Shown one piece after another: positions 39,619-50,190 of a stretch of DNA of 64,000 nt. A model generated the notes under the pieces. The model saw only the letters and a list, made by a program, of their open reading frames with translations. It did not search any database and was not told the DNA's origin. Location of the stretch: positions 21,007-85,006 of the forward strand of contig CAXBCN010000006.1 of assembly GCA_963974535.1 (NCBI GenBank), in the 5' to 3' direction. A program made the position numbers and the translations under genes. Position 1 is the stretch's first letter; every line of letters begins with the position of its first letter. Source of the DNA: an uncultured Cellulophaga sp. GTDB lineage: Bacteria > Bacteroidota > Bacteroidia > Flavobacteriales > Flavobacteriaceae.

Positions 39619-42468
39619 ATGAGGACAGACGTGTTTGCATCACGCCACATTGGCATCAGAGAAGAAGATCTTCAACACATGTTAGAAAAAGTGGGCGTTG
39701 AAAATCTAGAACAATTAATTTACGAAACCATTCCTACCGATATTCGTTTAAAAAATCCGCTGAAGCTAGAAGCAGCCATGAGCGAAAACGAATTCTTAGA
39801 ACATATTCAAAAACTTTCAGAAAAAAATAAAGTTTTTTCTACCTACATAGGTTTAGGGTATCACGAAAGTATTACCCCCTCGGTGATCAAGAGAAATATT
39901 TTTGAAAATCCGGGATGGTACACCGCATACACGCCTTACCAAGCTGAAATTGCACAGGGTCGTTTAGAGGCTTTATTGAATTTTCAAACCATGATCTGTG
40001 ACTTAACAGGCATGGAGTTGGCAAATGCGTCACTTTTAGATGAAAGTACAGCTGCTGCCGAAGCCATGACGATGCTTTTCGAAGTGAGAAGTAGGGATCA
40101 AAAGAAAAATAACATAAAGAAGTTCTTTGTTTCTGAGGAGTTATTACCGCAAACCAAATCACTTTTAAAAACAAGAGCAGTTCCTTTAGAAATTGAATTG
40201 GTTATTGGCAATCACGAAACCTTTGATTTTAGCAGTGATTTCTACGGCGCTATTTTACAGTATCCAGGAAAACACGGTCAAATTCACGACTATCAAGGCT
40301 TTGTGACTAAAGCTAAAGACAATGATATTAAAGTAGCGGTTGCTGCTGATATTTTAAGCTTGGTGCTTTTGCAAGCACCTGGTGAATTAGGCGTTGATGT
40401 GGTTGTCGGGACAACGCAACGTTTCGGAATTCCATTAGGATATGGTGGTCCTCATGCGGCATTTTTTGCCACAAAAGAAGAATATAAAAGAAGTATTCCT
40501 GGACGTATTATTGGTCGTACAATTGATACCGATGGTAACCCTGCACTCCGTATGGCCTTACAAACCAGAGAACAACATATTAAACGTGACAAGGCAACAT
40601 CAAATATTTGCACTGCTCAGGTTTTATTAGCTGTTATGGCCAGTATGTATGCCGTATACCACGGACCTAAAGGATTAAAATATATTGCTAGCAAAGTGCA
40701 TGCTTCAGCAGCAACACTGACTGATGCTTTAGAAAAGTTAGGGATATACCAAGCAAACAGCGCATACTTTGATACCATTACCGTTAAAGCAGACGCTAGT
40801 TTGGTAAAACCAATAGCAGAGCAACACGAAATAAACTTTTTATACAGTGAGGATAATAGCATCTCTATTTCGCTGAACGAAGCTACATCGCTACAAGATT
40901 TACAGGATATCATCAGTGTTTTTGCAAAAGCATTAGGAAAAGATGTTGTTCCCATAGACGACTTAACAACGGCCACTGCAATTCCTTCGAATTTAGCACG
41001 AACCACGCCTTTCTTAGAAAACGCAGTTTTTAACTCGTATCATTCGGAGACACAAATGATGCGTTATATCAAAAGGTTAGAGAATAAAGATCTAGCTTTA
41101 AACCACTCAATGATTTCTTTAGGTTCCTGCACCATGAAATTAAATGCAGCTACCGAAATGTTGCCTTTGGGTTCTGCGCAATGGAGCAACATACACCCAT
41201 TTGTTCCTGTGGAACAAGCAGAGGGGTATCAAATTATGCTTGCTGAATTAGAAAAAGATTTAAACGAAATAACTGGTTTTGCAGGAACATCATTGCAACC
41301 TAATTCTGGAGCTCAAGGTGAATATGCAGGCTTAATGGTAATCCGAGCTTACCATGAATCTAGAAATGACGCACATAGAAACATCTGTTTAATTCCTGCT
41401 TCTGCTCATGGTACCAACCCTGCTTCGGCTGTTATGGCTGGAATGCAAGTTGTGGTTACCAAAACAGATGAAAAAGGAAATATTGATGTTGCAGACTTAG
41501 AAGAAAAAGTAGCGAAGCACTCCGATAATTTAGCGGCTTTAATGGTCACCTACCCTTCTACACATGGTGTTTTTGAATCATCAATAAAACACATTACCCA
41601 ATTAATTCACGATAACGGTGGTCAAGTGTATATGGATGGTGCCAACATGAATGCTCAAGTAGGACTAACAAATCCTGCCACTATTGGGGCTGATGTATGT
41701 CACTTAAATTTACACAAAACCTTTGCTATTCCCCATGGTGGTGGTGGCCCAGGTGTTGGCCCTATCTGCGTGGCGAAACAACTGGTTCCATTTTTACCTG
41801 GAAATCCGATTATAAAAACAGGGGGGGACCAAGCAATAACGGCTATTTCTGCTGCTCCATGGGGTAGCTCTCTAGTGTGCTTGATTTCTTATGCCTACAT
41901 AAAAATGTTAGGTGAATTTGGACTGAGACACTCTACCGAAATTGCGATTTTAAACGCCAATTATATCAAACACAGATTGAGTGGTAATTTTGAAGTTTTA
42001 TATACTGGAGAAAAAGGTAGAGCTGCACACGAAATGATTATCGATTGCCGACCCTTTAAACAAAACGGGATTGAAGTTACTGACATTGCAAAACGCTTAA
42101 TGGATTATGGTTTTCACGCACCAACAGTATCTTTCCCTGTGGCTGGAACCGTTATGATCGAGCCTACAGAAAGTGAAGGTTTGTCAGAATTAGATCGTTT
42201 TTGTGATGCCATGATTAGTATTCGCAAAGAAATTAATGAAGCTACAGAAGGTGATGCTGATAATGTGTTAAAGAACGCACCACATACACTAAAAATGGTA
42301 ACCAATGATGCTTGGAATTTTCCATATTCTAGAGAAAAAGCAGCTTTTCCTTTGGCCTTTGTTAGTGAAAATAAATTTTGGCCATCGGTTCGTCGTGTTG
42401 ATGATGCTTATGGGGATCGTAATTTAATTTGTACCTGCGCACCTATCGAAGCGTATATGGAAGCTTAA
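39619..42468 (+). CDS. gcvP: Glycine dehydrogenase (decarboxylating), P protein
   Basis: [40 protein letters not shown]. Confidence 0.99.
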   Translation: MRTDVFASRHIGIREEDLQHMLEKVGVENLEQLIYETIPTDIRLKNPLKLEAAMSENEFLEHIQKLSEKNKVFSTYIGLGYHESITPSVIKRNIFENPGWYTAYTPYQAEIAQGRLEALLNFQTMICDLTGMELANASLLDESTAAAEAMTMLFEVRSRDQKKNNIKKFFVSEELLPQTKSLLKTRAVPLEIELVIGNHETFDFSSDFYGAILQYPGKHGQIHDYQGFVTKAKDNDIKVAVAADILSLVLLQAPGELGVDVVVGTTQRFGIPLGYGGPHAAFFATKEEYKRSIPGRIIGRTIDTDGNPALRMALQTREQHIKRDKATSNICTAQVLLAVMASMYAVYHGPKGLKYIASKVHASAATLTDALEKLGIYQANSAYFDTITVKADASLVKPIAEQHEINFLYSEDNSISISLNEATSLQDLQDIISVFAKALGKDVVPIDDLTTATAIPSNLARTTPFLENAVFNSYHSETQMMRYIKRLENKDLALNHSMISLGSCTMKLNAATEMLPLGSAQWSNIHPFVPVEQAEGYQIMLAELEKDLNEITGFAGTSLQPNSGAQGEYAGLMVIRAYHESRNDAHRNICLIPASAHGTNPASAVMAGMQVVVTKTDEKGNIDVADLEEKVAKHSDNLAALMVTYPSTHGVFESSIKHITQLIHDNGGQVYMDGANMNAQVGLTNPATIGADVCHLNLHKTFAIPHGGGGPGVGPICVAKQLVPFLPGNPIIKTGGDQAITAISAAPWGSSLVCLISYAYIKMLGEFGLRHSTEIAILNANYIKHRLSGNFEVLYTGEKGRAAHEMIIDCRPFKQNGIEVTDIAKRLMDYGFHAPTVSFPVAGTVMIEPTESEGLSELDRFCDAMISIRKEINEATEGDADNVLKNAPHTLKMVTNDAWNFPYSREKAAFPLAFVSENKFWPSVRRVDDAYGDRNLICTCAPIEAYMEA

Positions 42469-42492
42469 GAAGCTAATAAAATCAATATACAC

Positions 42493-42526
42493 AAGCCCCT
42501 TTACCATCATGGAGGGGCTTTTTTTT
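42493..42526 (+). terminator. Rho-independent terminator after gcvP
   Basis: AAGCCCCT...AGGGGCTT stem followed by a T-run. Confidence 0.85.
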
Positions 42527-42636
42527 GCGCTAAGCACACCTTAAACAGCCCTTGAACATCATGTTATTTGCTATGCATGCATAATAGTTGTTTCAATTTT
42601 TAATATCTTGCCATACCTTATCACAATACCAAAGCA

Positions 42637-43695
42637 ATGAAAATCGGAATTACTGGAACAGGCTCATATATACCCGCTGTTTTAACTAAAAATTCAGCGT
42701 TTAATCATCACCAATTTTTAAATGACGATGGCACTCCCTTTGCCTATGAAAATGAGGTAATTATAGAAAAGTTTAAAGCCATTACAGGGATCGAAGAGCG
42801 CAGGTATGCCCCAAATACCTTAAACACCTCAGACATGGCTTTTTATGCTGCCGAAAAGGCGATTGCAGATGCCGGTATCGACAAAGAGACTTTAGATTAT
42901 ATTATTTTTGCTCATAATTTTGGCGATGTTCATCACGGCCAGTCGCAAGGAGACACCTTACCCAGTTTAGCGACCCGAGTAAAACACCATTTAAAAATTA
43001 AAAATCCAAAATGCGTCGCCTATGATATTCTTTTTGGCTGCCCAGGTTGGATAGAAGGGGTCATACAAGCTTACGCCTTTATCAAAAGTGGTCTGGCCAA
43101 AAAATGTTTAGTGATTGGCGCTGAAACCCTTTCTCGAGTCGTAGATCCATACGATCGCGATTCTATGATTTATTCTGACGGTGCTGGGGCTACCATTATT
43201 GAAGCTTCAGAAGCCAATGGTGAAATTTTAGCCCACGCTTCTGCCACCTATGCCTTTGATGAAGCTAATTTTTTATTCTTTGGGAAATCATATGCCCAAA
43301 ATGACAACAGCGGTACGAAATACATAAAAATGCACGGTCGTAAAATCTATGAATTTGCCGTAACAAATGTGCCCAAAGCCATGAAAGAGTGTTTGGATGC
43401 CAGTGGACTTGCCATTACCGATGTCAAAAAAATATTCATTCATCAAGCCAATGAAAAAATGGATGAAGCCATCGTAAAACGGTTTTACAAAGCGTATGGC
43501 ATGGCAATGCCTGAAGGTATTATGCCCATGAATATTAAAGAAAATGGGAATAGTTCCGTAGCCACCATCCCTACCCTTTTTGATATGGTTAAAAACGGAA
43601 AATTAGCCCCACATAGCGTCACTAAAGGAGATGTTGTTATCTTTGCAAGTGTTGGTGCAGGAATGAACATCAACGCTATTATTTACAGGTACTAA
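42637..43695 (+). CDS. fabH: 3-oxoacyl-ACP synthase III (FabH family)
   Basis: GTGSYIP, FGCPG catalytic Cys, DGAGA, IHQAN, GNSSVA, GAGM. Confidence 0.88.
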   Translation: MKIGITGTGSYIPAVLTKNSAFNHHQFLNDDGTPFAYENEVIIEKFKAITGIEERRYAPNTLNTSDMAFYAAEKAIADAGIDKETLDYIIFAHNFGDVHHGQSQGDTLPSLATRVKHHLKIKNPKCVAYDILFGCPGWIEGVIQAYAFIKSGLAKKCLVIGAETLSRVVDPYDRDSMIYSDGAGATIIEASEANGEILAHASATYAFDEANFLFFGKSYAQNDNSGTKYIKMHGRKIYEFAVTNVPKAMKECLDASGLAITDVKKIFIHQANEKMDEAIVKRFYKAYGMAMPEGIMPMNIKENGNSSVATIPTLFDMVKNGKLAPHSVTKGDVVIFASVGAGMNINAIIYRY

Positions 43696-43708
43696 TTTTT
43701 TTATTTAC

Positions 43709-44233
43709 ATGTACGAAAATACGTTTCCGAACACGCGTTTTAAGCACACCTTAGCATTTCTTCAAAAGCATATAGCGACTTCTGAATCTATTTTAGATTT
43801 AGGTGTTGAAAATCCATTTACAAAAATAATGGTCGCCAACCACTATGAGGTAGCGAACACACATGGCGAAGATTTAGATTTTGATTTCTCCAGTGTTATT
43901 GCTTCCGATGCCAAGGTGGTAACGGCTTTCGAAATTTTTGAGCATTTACTCGCTCCTCTTAACGTATTACGTGAAATAAAAGCAGATAAATTAGTCGCTA
44001 GTATTCCCTTGCGCTTATGGTTTTCACCCGCCTATCAAAGTAAAACCGACGCTTGGGATCGGCATTATCACGAGTTTGAAGATTGGCAATTCGACTGGCT
44101 TTTAGAAAAAGCAGGTTGGAAAATTATCGACCGTACTAAATTCACCAACCCCGTCAATAAAATAGGCCTGCGCCCTTTACTTCGAAAAGTTACGCCAAGA
44201 TACTACTTGGTGTATGCGGAGCGCATGCCCTAA
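43709..44233 (+). CDS. Short class I SAM methyltransferase-like protein
   Basis: ILDLG, FEIFEHL, HYHEF motifs. Confidence 0.65.
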   Translation: MYENTFPNTRFKHTLAFLQKHIATSESILDLGVENPFTKIMVANHYEVANTHGEDLDFDFSSVIASDAKVVTAFEIFEHLLAPLNVLREIKADKLVASIPLRLWFSPAYQSKTDAWDRHYHEFEDWQFDWLLEKAGWKIIDRTKFTNPVNKIGLRPLLRKVTPRYYLVYAERMP

Positions 44234-44268
44234 TTTTGGTTCAGCTTCTTTTTTGTTACTTCTAGAAT

Positions 44269-44341
44269 ATATAACATATGTCAGATATATCTTAAATTAG
44301 CAGTATAAAGAACATATGTTTTATATACTATTGTTAGCGAC
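44269..44341 (+). repeat. attC-like element 0 (hairpin ending in core GTTAGCGAC)
   Basis: ATATAACATATGT (44269-44281) / ACATATGTTTTATAT (44312-44326) imperfect inverted repeat, then TTGTTAGCGAC (44331-44341). Confidence 0.55.
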
Positions 44342-44367
44342 AAGCGACCAAAAAACAATGTAACTAC

Positions 44368-45015
44368 ATGAAAATAATTGAACAATTACTATTCTTCATT
44401 TCTTGGACAATAATTATAGGCTTATCAGTTTATTTTCTTCTGGAAAATGTAGGTGTTTATTTTACTGGATATAGAAGTGATAGTTACATTAACAACCCGA
44501 TTTGGGTAAGTTCCCACTTAATAGGTGGAACATTAGCATTACTATTTGGCCCCATACAATTCTCTAAACGGATTAGAAACAAATATTTGACTTTTCACAG
44601 ACTGACAGGGAAAATTTATATCATTGGAGCATTTATAGCAGGTTTATCGGCGATTAGGCTTTCACTAATTAGTTCTTGCTTGCCTTGTAGAGTTTCACTC
44701 TTCATTTTAGCTATTTTGGTCCTTTTTACTACTTTTTCAGCTTGGTGGTGCGTAAAAAATGGAAATATCAAAGCACATCAACAATTTATGGTTCGAAGTT
44801 ATATCTGCATACTTTCATTTGTAGCTGTAAGAATTGGAGGGATTATTCCTTTGGACTTTTTATTTGGACAAATTGAAGACCCAACATTTGGCAGAACTGT
44901 AAATGAGTATTTCTTTTCATTTGTCCCAATAATTTGTGGTGAAATATTTATGATTTGGATTCCAACATTAAAAAATATTAAAAGAAAAAAAAGTCGAATT
45001 AATACCAGTCGCTAA
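44368..45015 (+). CDS. DUF2306-like membrane protein
   Basis: SHLIGGTLALLFGPIQF...FHRLTGKIY, HQQFMVRSY; about 6 TM. Confidence 0.8.
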   Translation: MKIIEQLLFFISWTIIIGLSVYFLLENVGVYFTGYRSDSYINNPIWVSSHLIGGTLALLFGPIQFSKRIRNKYLTFHRLTGKIYIIGAFIAGLSAIRLSLISSCLPCRVSLFILAILVLFTTFSAWWCVKNGNIKAHQQFMVRSYICILSFVAVRIGGIIPLDFLFGQIEDPTFGRTVNEYFFSFVPIICGEIFMIWIPTLKNIKRKKSRINTSR

Positions 45016-45525
45016 CAAAGAACTGAGGTAAAAAACAACTCTTTTCTTCATTGAAGTAAGACACAATATTTAGGCTCATAGTTTCATTAAACTGATTCTT
45101 TGAGCTTTTTTAATTAGATTTTTTTCTAGTTATTTGGGTACCCTAATCTGATCATTTCCGTAGCTTTTTTTACAAAATGAATAGCACTATCTAAGAGTCT
45201 TAATAACTTTTTAATTTCCGTTCCACTGTTTTTGAACGGATAGTACTACCTTCTGAACTTGTAACGCTGATCATCAAATGGCCAATGTATATTCTAAAAA
45301 ATTTACTGCCTTAGGTATAGTTAGATGATTTTTGAAAGGACCACCTTTGCATTTTCAAGGACTTAAAATCGAATTCTTAAAGCTTCACAACTGCCGACAG
45401 CTAGGAAACAATACAAAAAAATAAAGTGGTTTTAAATAGGGTCTAAATCAAATCCTCTACGTGTATAGCAAGCTTAATTCTCTCTTTGCTTCTGTCTTGC
45501 TCGTATCTCAATTTAAAGAAAAGCC

Positions 45526-45648
45526 GTGTATAATTCATTGTTAGTTATAGCCTACTAACCGAAGTCTTAACGGACTATATATCTGTAATTTATTTGCTAA
45601 CTTAGTTGCTTAACCCCGCAACTAACCATATACAAATAGGTTGCCAGC
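45526..45648 (+). repeat. attC-like dispersed repeat, copy A
   Basis: Aligns without gaps to 46630-46746; TGTATA/TATACA inverted ends; ends TACAAATAG-GTTGCCAGC. Confidence 0.6.
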
Positions 45649-45679
45649 AATTAAAGAAAACTGAGTTATATATAGAAAA

Positions 45680-46210
45680 TTGAGATATGTAATAGTAGCA
45701 TTTATCACAATTGGCACCTTTGTTTTAAGTTGTAAACAAGACAAAAACAATTCCGTAGTATCTGAAATTGTTGCTACCGAAACAAAGGTAACAGCACCTA
45801 ATCCAGATGAAGAAAAAATAAAAACAACTATCAACAAATTGTTGTTCAATGCTGGAAATTATAATGTTTTGGCATTAGATTCGATGATCTCTGATAAGGC
45901 AATGCTTGGAATAAGCAGTTTAAAAGATGGAACTTGGTCTAATTCAGAAATAGCCATTAACGATTTCTTTGAAAGTGTAAAAAAGATGGAACGTAGTCCT
46001 TACTGTGAGATACCTAATGACTATGACATCATAATTACGAAAGGTCAGTTAGCTTTAGCACGAGCTGATTGCATTCTATACCGATGGGGAATTTCCCAAA
46101 CAAGGGAAATAAACCATTTTACATTCATCAAAGAAAATGGGAATTGGAAAATTCTCAATATATCTTGGACTAAAGAGGAACTTTCTAAAAAAAAAAGAAC
46201 TATGATTTAG
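45680..46210 (+). CDS. NTF2-like lipoprotein (5' part of a frameshifted gene)
   Basis: VLSC lipobox, NTF2-like end FTFIKENGNWKILNISW; stops 14 nt after an A10 run. Confidence 0.75.
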   Translation: MRYVIVAFITIGTFVLSCKQDKNNSVVSEIVATETKVTAPNPDEEKIKTTINKLLFNAGNYNVLALDSMISDKAMLGISSLKDGTWSNSEIAINDFFESVKKMERSPYCEIPNDYDIIITKGQLALARADCILYRWGISQTREINHFTFIKENGNWKILNISWTKEELSKKKRTMI

Positions 46211-46596
46211 AAATCTTTGCTCGTGGATATGCACAAGCTTGGTGTAGTCAAAGACCAAATTTTGTCTCATCCTTTTTCACTGAAGATGGCGTACTACAGA
46301 TCAATGATGGCTCCTCGGCGAAAGGAACTGAAGCGATAACAAATGTTGCTAATGCATTTATGGAGACTTTTCCAGATATGGTTGTTTCACTTGACAGTTT
46401 GACCACCCAATCAGATAAAACACGATTTTATTGGACACTTACTGGAACAAATAAGGGCACCAATGGAACTGGAAATAAAGTTAAAATTAGCGGATTTGAA
46501 GAATGGACTTTGAACAAGGATGGACTAATCCAAGAATCAAAAGGCTATTTTGATCCTAAAGAATATGAGCGCCAATTGAACTTTGGCATCAACTAA
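46189..46596 (+). pseudogene. SnoaL/ester cyclase-like NTF2 domain in the -1 frame (3' part of the split gene)
   Basis: Frame is open from the A10 run (KNYDLEIFARGYAQAWCSQ...FPDM...WTLTGT) with no ATG until 46360. Confidence 0.7.
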
Positions 46597-46606
46597 TCAT
46601 AACTAT

Positions 46607-46746
46607 TACCAACAAAATTACCCTGCATGTAATTAATTGCTTGTTGCTAGACTACTTAAAAAAATGACTGCAAATTCTATATACCACCTATATTTGTAAA
46701 CTTTTATGGGCTATCACACAACTTTTCCTTTACAAAACCGTTAGCC
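46607..46746 (+). repeat. attC-like dispersed repeat, copy B
   Basis: TACCAAC at 46607, shared blocks with copy A at offset 1100, ends TACAAAACC-GTTAGCC. Confidence 0.6.
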
Positions 46747-46780
46747 AAAGCAAAATAACGATAAGAATTTACCTACAACG

Positions 46781-47824
46781 ATGAAACTCTATTCCAGCCT
46801 TTCTAAAATTAGCTTTCTTAAAAAGTATTCCACTAAATTTTTGGCGATTGCGTTCTTAGGGATTCATATTCCGCTCATAGGATTAATTATATTCCTTACC
46901 TATAATGAAGGCGTTTTATCTCCGACAATCATATTGATTTTTACCTTAATTTTTACTTTGGGAGCCACTGCTGTTACTCTATTTATACTTAATAAACTGC
47001 TAGAACCCATTAAGCTGGCTAGAAATTCACTCCAAGCGTATTTAGAAAGTCAAGAGCTTCCTGCTTTACCTATCTATTTCAAAGACGAGGTCGGGGAGCT
47101 TTTAAAAGACCTACAATTTTCTATTGAAGTATTTGACAACCTTATTGATTCTAAACAACAAACAATCGCGATACTATCCCATGACCTTAGAAATCCTTGT
47201 GCGGGAATACTTATGTTAATCGATTTATTAAAGGAAGAAGAAAGCGCTAGCGAAAGAGAAATTATGATGACGAATATTAAATCACTGGCCAAACAGCAAC
47301 TTGCTATCATGGAAAGCACCTTATCTAATCTAAAAAACGAATCTAAAACTCAAGGAAAATTAGAAAAGGTAGCATTAGATTTAAAGAAAATTATTACGGA
47401 AGTCATTAGTTCTCAAAAGGTGGCCTTAGATCAGAAGAAAATCAATTTAGAATTTAATTGTGATTCGGCATTAACCCTACGCGGAAATGAAACTGCATTC
47501 AGGCAAGTGTTCCTTAATTTAATCAACAATGCCATTAAATTTTCCCAAACCGATGGAAAAATTTGGATCAAGGCAGAAAAAACCAAATCGGAAATAAACA
47601 TCGATATTATTGACCAAGGTTTAGGGTTTAAAAAAGAAGTATCAGAAGCCCTTTTTAAACCGTTTACAGAGCATTCTCGTTTAGGCACCAAAGGTGAGTC
47701 TAGCCAAGGAATGGGCTTGTTTATCACAAGAAGGTTCATTAATAAACATTCCGGCACATTAATGGCGAGAAGTGAGGGCCTGAACAAAGGATCAACGTTT
47801 TCCATTCACTTACCACTTACGTAA
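46781..47824 (+). CDS. Orphan membrane sensor histidine kinase (HAMP-HisKA-HATPase)
   Basis: SHDLRNP, NLINNAIKFS, DQGLG, GMGLFI. Confidence 0.92.
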   Translation: MKLYSSLSKISFLKKYSTKFLAIAFLGIHIPLIGLIIFLTYNEGVLSPTIILIFTLIFTLGATAVTLFILNKLLEPIKLARNSLQAYLESQELPALPIYFKDEVGELLKDLQFSIEVFDNLIDSKQQTIAILSHDLRNPCAGILMLIDLLKEEESASEREIMMTNIKSLAKQQLAIMESTLSNLKNESKTQGKLEKVALDLKKIITEVISSQKVALDQKKINLEFNCDSALTLRGNETAFRQVFLNLINNAIKFSQTDGKIWIKAEKTKSEINIDIIDQGLGFKKEVSEALFKPFTEHSRLGTKGESSQGMGLFITRRFINKHSGTLMARSEGLNKGSTFSIHLPLT

Positions 47825-48305
47825 GGCTACCTTGAAGTATCCCTTCATGGTCGCCAACTAAAAAATGCTATAAAAGCAGTTCAATGCTTTATGAATTCAA
47901 TAGGCTAATATTCTAGGCTTATGGCTATATTATCCTGATGCCTTAAGCTTTTTATTAAATTTTTACACAGGAATCTTTAATCTTGTATTATTAAGTTAAA
48001 GGAAGTGTTTAAAGCGCTTCATGGAAAACCTCCTAAATATTCCTTAGCCTGTTTCTTTTTGCTATCTTAGTACAGCCTAACGGTAATAAAGACGGTAACC
48101 TAGGAGATGAATCAACAATTATAGGACTTCTCTTATTAAAGAATTGGATAATTCAGCAACAAAAGTGACATCTTTCGGAATGGCATATATTAAGACTGAA
48201 AAATACTGGCCTTTACGACAGTTTGTTGTAACCGCTAATGAACAAACCTATCGTCATCTTATGGCATCCCTAGTAACAGGTAAACCTTGAGTAAAATATT
48301 ACATT

Positions 48306-48848
48306 ATGGAAAAAGCACTACAAACAATGATTGACAATATGCCTGAAAAAACAGGCAAGTCTTTGAACGAATGGAAAAAAAAATTAAAGACCAAGTCTTT
48401 TGTCAAGCATTCAGAAGCGGTAAACTTTCTTAAAAAAGAATATCAGGTAACGCACGGTTTTGCAAATACCATAGTTACATTGTCTAAAGAGGAGCATACA
48501 ACACCCACCGACCTAGTTGAAAATCAATATGCCGGTAAGGAGAATTTAGTACCGATTTACGAGAGTCTAATAAAGGTGGTTAAATCCTTCGGTGCAGACA
48601 TTACCATTACTCCAAAAAAAACAAGTGTAAGTATCATCAGAAAACGACAATTTGCCTTAATACAACCCGCCACCAAAACCCGTATTGATTTAGGCCTAAA
48701 ATTAAATAACAAACCAACAACCGACCGACTTGAAAATTCAGGCCCATTTGGCACCATGTGTACGCACAGGGTAAAATTGTCTGAGCCTAGTGAGGTAGAT
48801 ACCGAATTAAAAAAATGGCTAAAAGAAGCTTACGAGCAAGCGGAATAA
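48306..48848 (+). CDS. DUF4287/DUF5655-like protein
   Basis: NMPEKTGKSLNEW, THGFAN, PKKTSVS, CTHRVKL. Confidence 0.75.
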   Translation: MEKALQTMIDNMPEKTGKSLNEWKKKLKTKSFVKHSEAVNFLKKEYQVTHGFANTIVTLSKEEHTTPTDLVENQYAGKENLVPIYESLIKVVKSFGADITITPKKTSVSIIRKRQFALIQPATKTRIDLGLKLNNKPTTDRLENSGPFGTMCTHRVKLSEPSEVDTELKKWLKEAYEQAE

Positions 48849-49042
48849 ACACCCAGCCAAAAATTAGAAAAACCATTATTAATTTTAACACGCGCCAAAC
48901 CTTGTTATTCCTTTAAAATTTGCCTCCAATATCAATCAATTAAACCATTACACATCACCGAAACGAAGAGCCGAATTGTACATCACTTATGCTTCTGCAC
49001 TAAACCGTACATTTTGCAAAAACCTTGACCCAATTAAAAATT

Positions 49043-50035
49043 ATGAACCTAATGAAAAATTACCTCTACAGTATTGCTTTTTTAATGCTCTTAATTGGCT
49101 GTAAAAACAATTCTTCTCAAAAGAACATAGCAGTAAATAAAGAACTGTTGTTGTACAATTTAAAGGTACTATCACACGACTCGATGCAAGGCCGATTTTT
49201 TGGCACCGAAGGGAATTATAAAGCCCAAAGATTCATCGCCAAACAATTCGATTCTCTTGGAATAAAACCGGCTTTCGCCTCCGGAAGTATTCAAAAATAC
49301 CCTTACACCTTTTCCGGAGCTTTAAGACAAAGGCTATATCCTATTCTGAATGTATCCGAAGACTTTAGTAAGGTACCAGATACCACCGTAATAGGTGGTA
49401 ATGTGGTCACTATGATTCCAGGAAAAAGTAAAAAGGTGATCGTCATTACCGGGCATTTAGATCATTTAGGCATAAGAGATACCCAAATTTATAACGGTGC
49501 TGATGATAATGCTTCTGGAGCTGCGGCATTACTTAGCATAGCCGATTATTTTAAAAACAAAGCCCCTCAGCATACTCTGATTTTTGCCGCAGTAGATGCC
49601 GAAGAAATTGGGTCTTTAGGAACTGAATACTTACTAAATAATTTTCCATTCCCTTTAGAGAGTATTGCTCTAAATATCAATATGGATATGATTGCGCATA
49701 ATGATTCCTTACAACTGTTTGCTTCTGGCTTGTATCATTACCCCCATTTAAAACAAGCCTTAGATAATTTAAAATCAACGAATATAAACCTGCTTTTCGG
49801 TCACGACAATCCTAATGAAAATGGAGTGTCTGATTGGACTTTTCAATCAGATCACCGCGAATTTCACAAGAGGCAAATTCCGTATATTTATTTTGGTGTA
49901 GAAGACCATAAAGATTATCACAAGCCAACCGACACCTATGACAATAGCACTAAAGATTTCTACGTTGAAGCTGTGCGATTAATTATTGAAACTATCGAAG
50001 CATATGATACCTTTCTTGTAGCTCAAGATAACTAG
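49043..50035 (+). CDS. M28 family peptidase lipoprotein
   Basis: LIGC lipobox; GHLDH, GADDNASG, DAEEIG, NMDM, DYHKPTD. Confidence 0.92.
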   Translation: MNLMKNYLYSIAFLMLLIGCKNNSSQKNIAVNKELLLYNLKVLSHDSMQGRFFGTEGNYKAQRFIAKQFDSLGIKPAFASGSIQKYPYTFSGALRQRLYPILNVSEDFSKVPDTTVIGGNVVTMIPGKSKKVIVITGHLDHLGIRDTQIYNGADDNASGAAALLSIADYFKNKAPQHTLIFAAVDAEEIGSLGTEYLLNNFPFPLESIALNINMDMIAHNDSLQLFASGLYHYPHLKQALDNLKSTNINLLFGHDNPNENGVSDWTFQSDHREFHKRQIPYIYFGVEDHKDYHKPTDTYDNSTKDFYVEAVRLIIETIEAYDTFLVAQDN

Positions 50036-50190
50036 TATAAAATTAATACCTCAAAAATAGGAGCTACGGCCAGCTAATTTTAACTGACTTTCTACTTGAA
50101 ATTATTGAGATTTGGTTTTTTAGTGTTTAATTAGTGCGAAATTTCAATGCAAATCCTAGTGTACAGGTTTAAAACTCATCAAAAGTATTC

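Noticed and set aside
42637-44233. FabH plus methyltransferase as a dialkylresorcinol/flexirubin cluster
   Set aside because: No DarA, ACP or other pathway genes adjacent.
47990-48070. Frame reading KLKEVFKALHGKPPKY, reminiscent of an AraC C-terminus
   Set aside because: Too short, stop codon immediately upstream; cannot be distinguished from chance.
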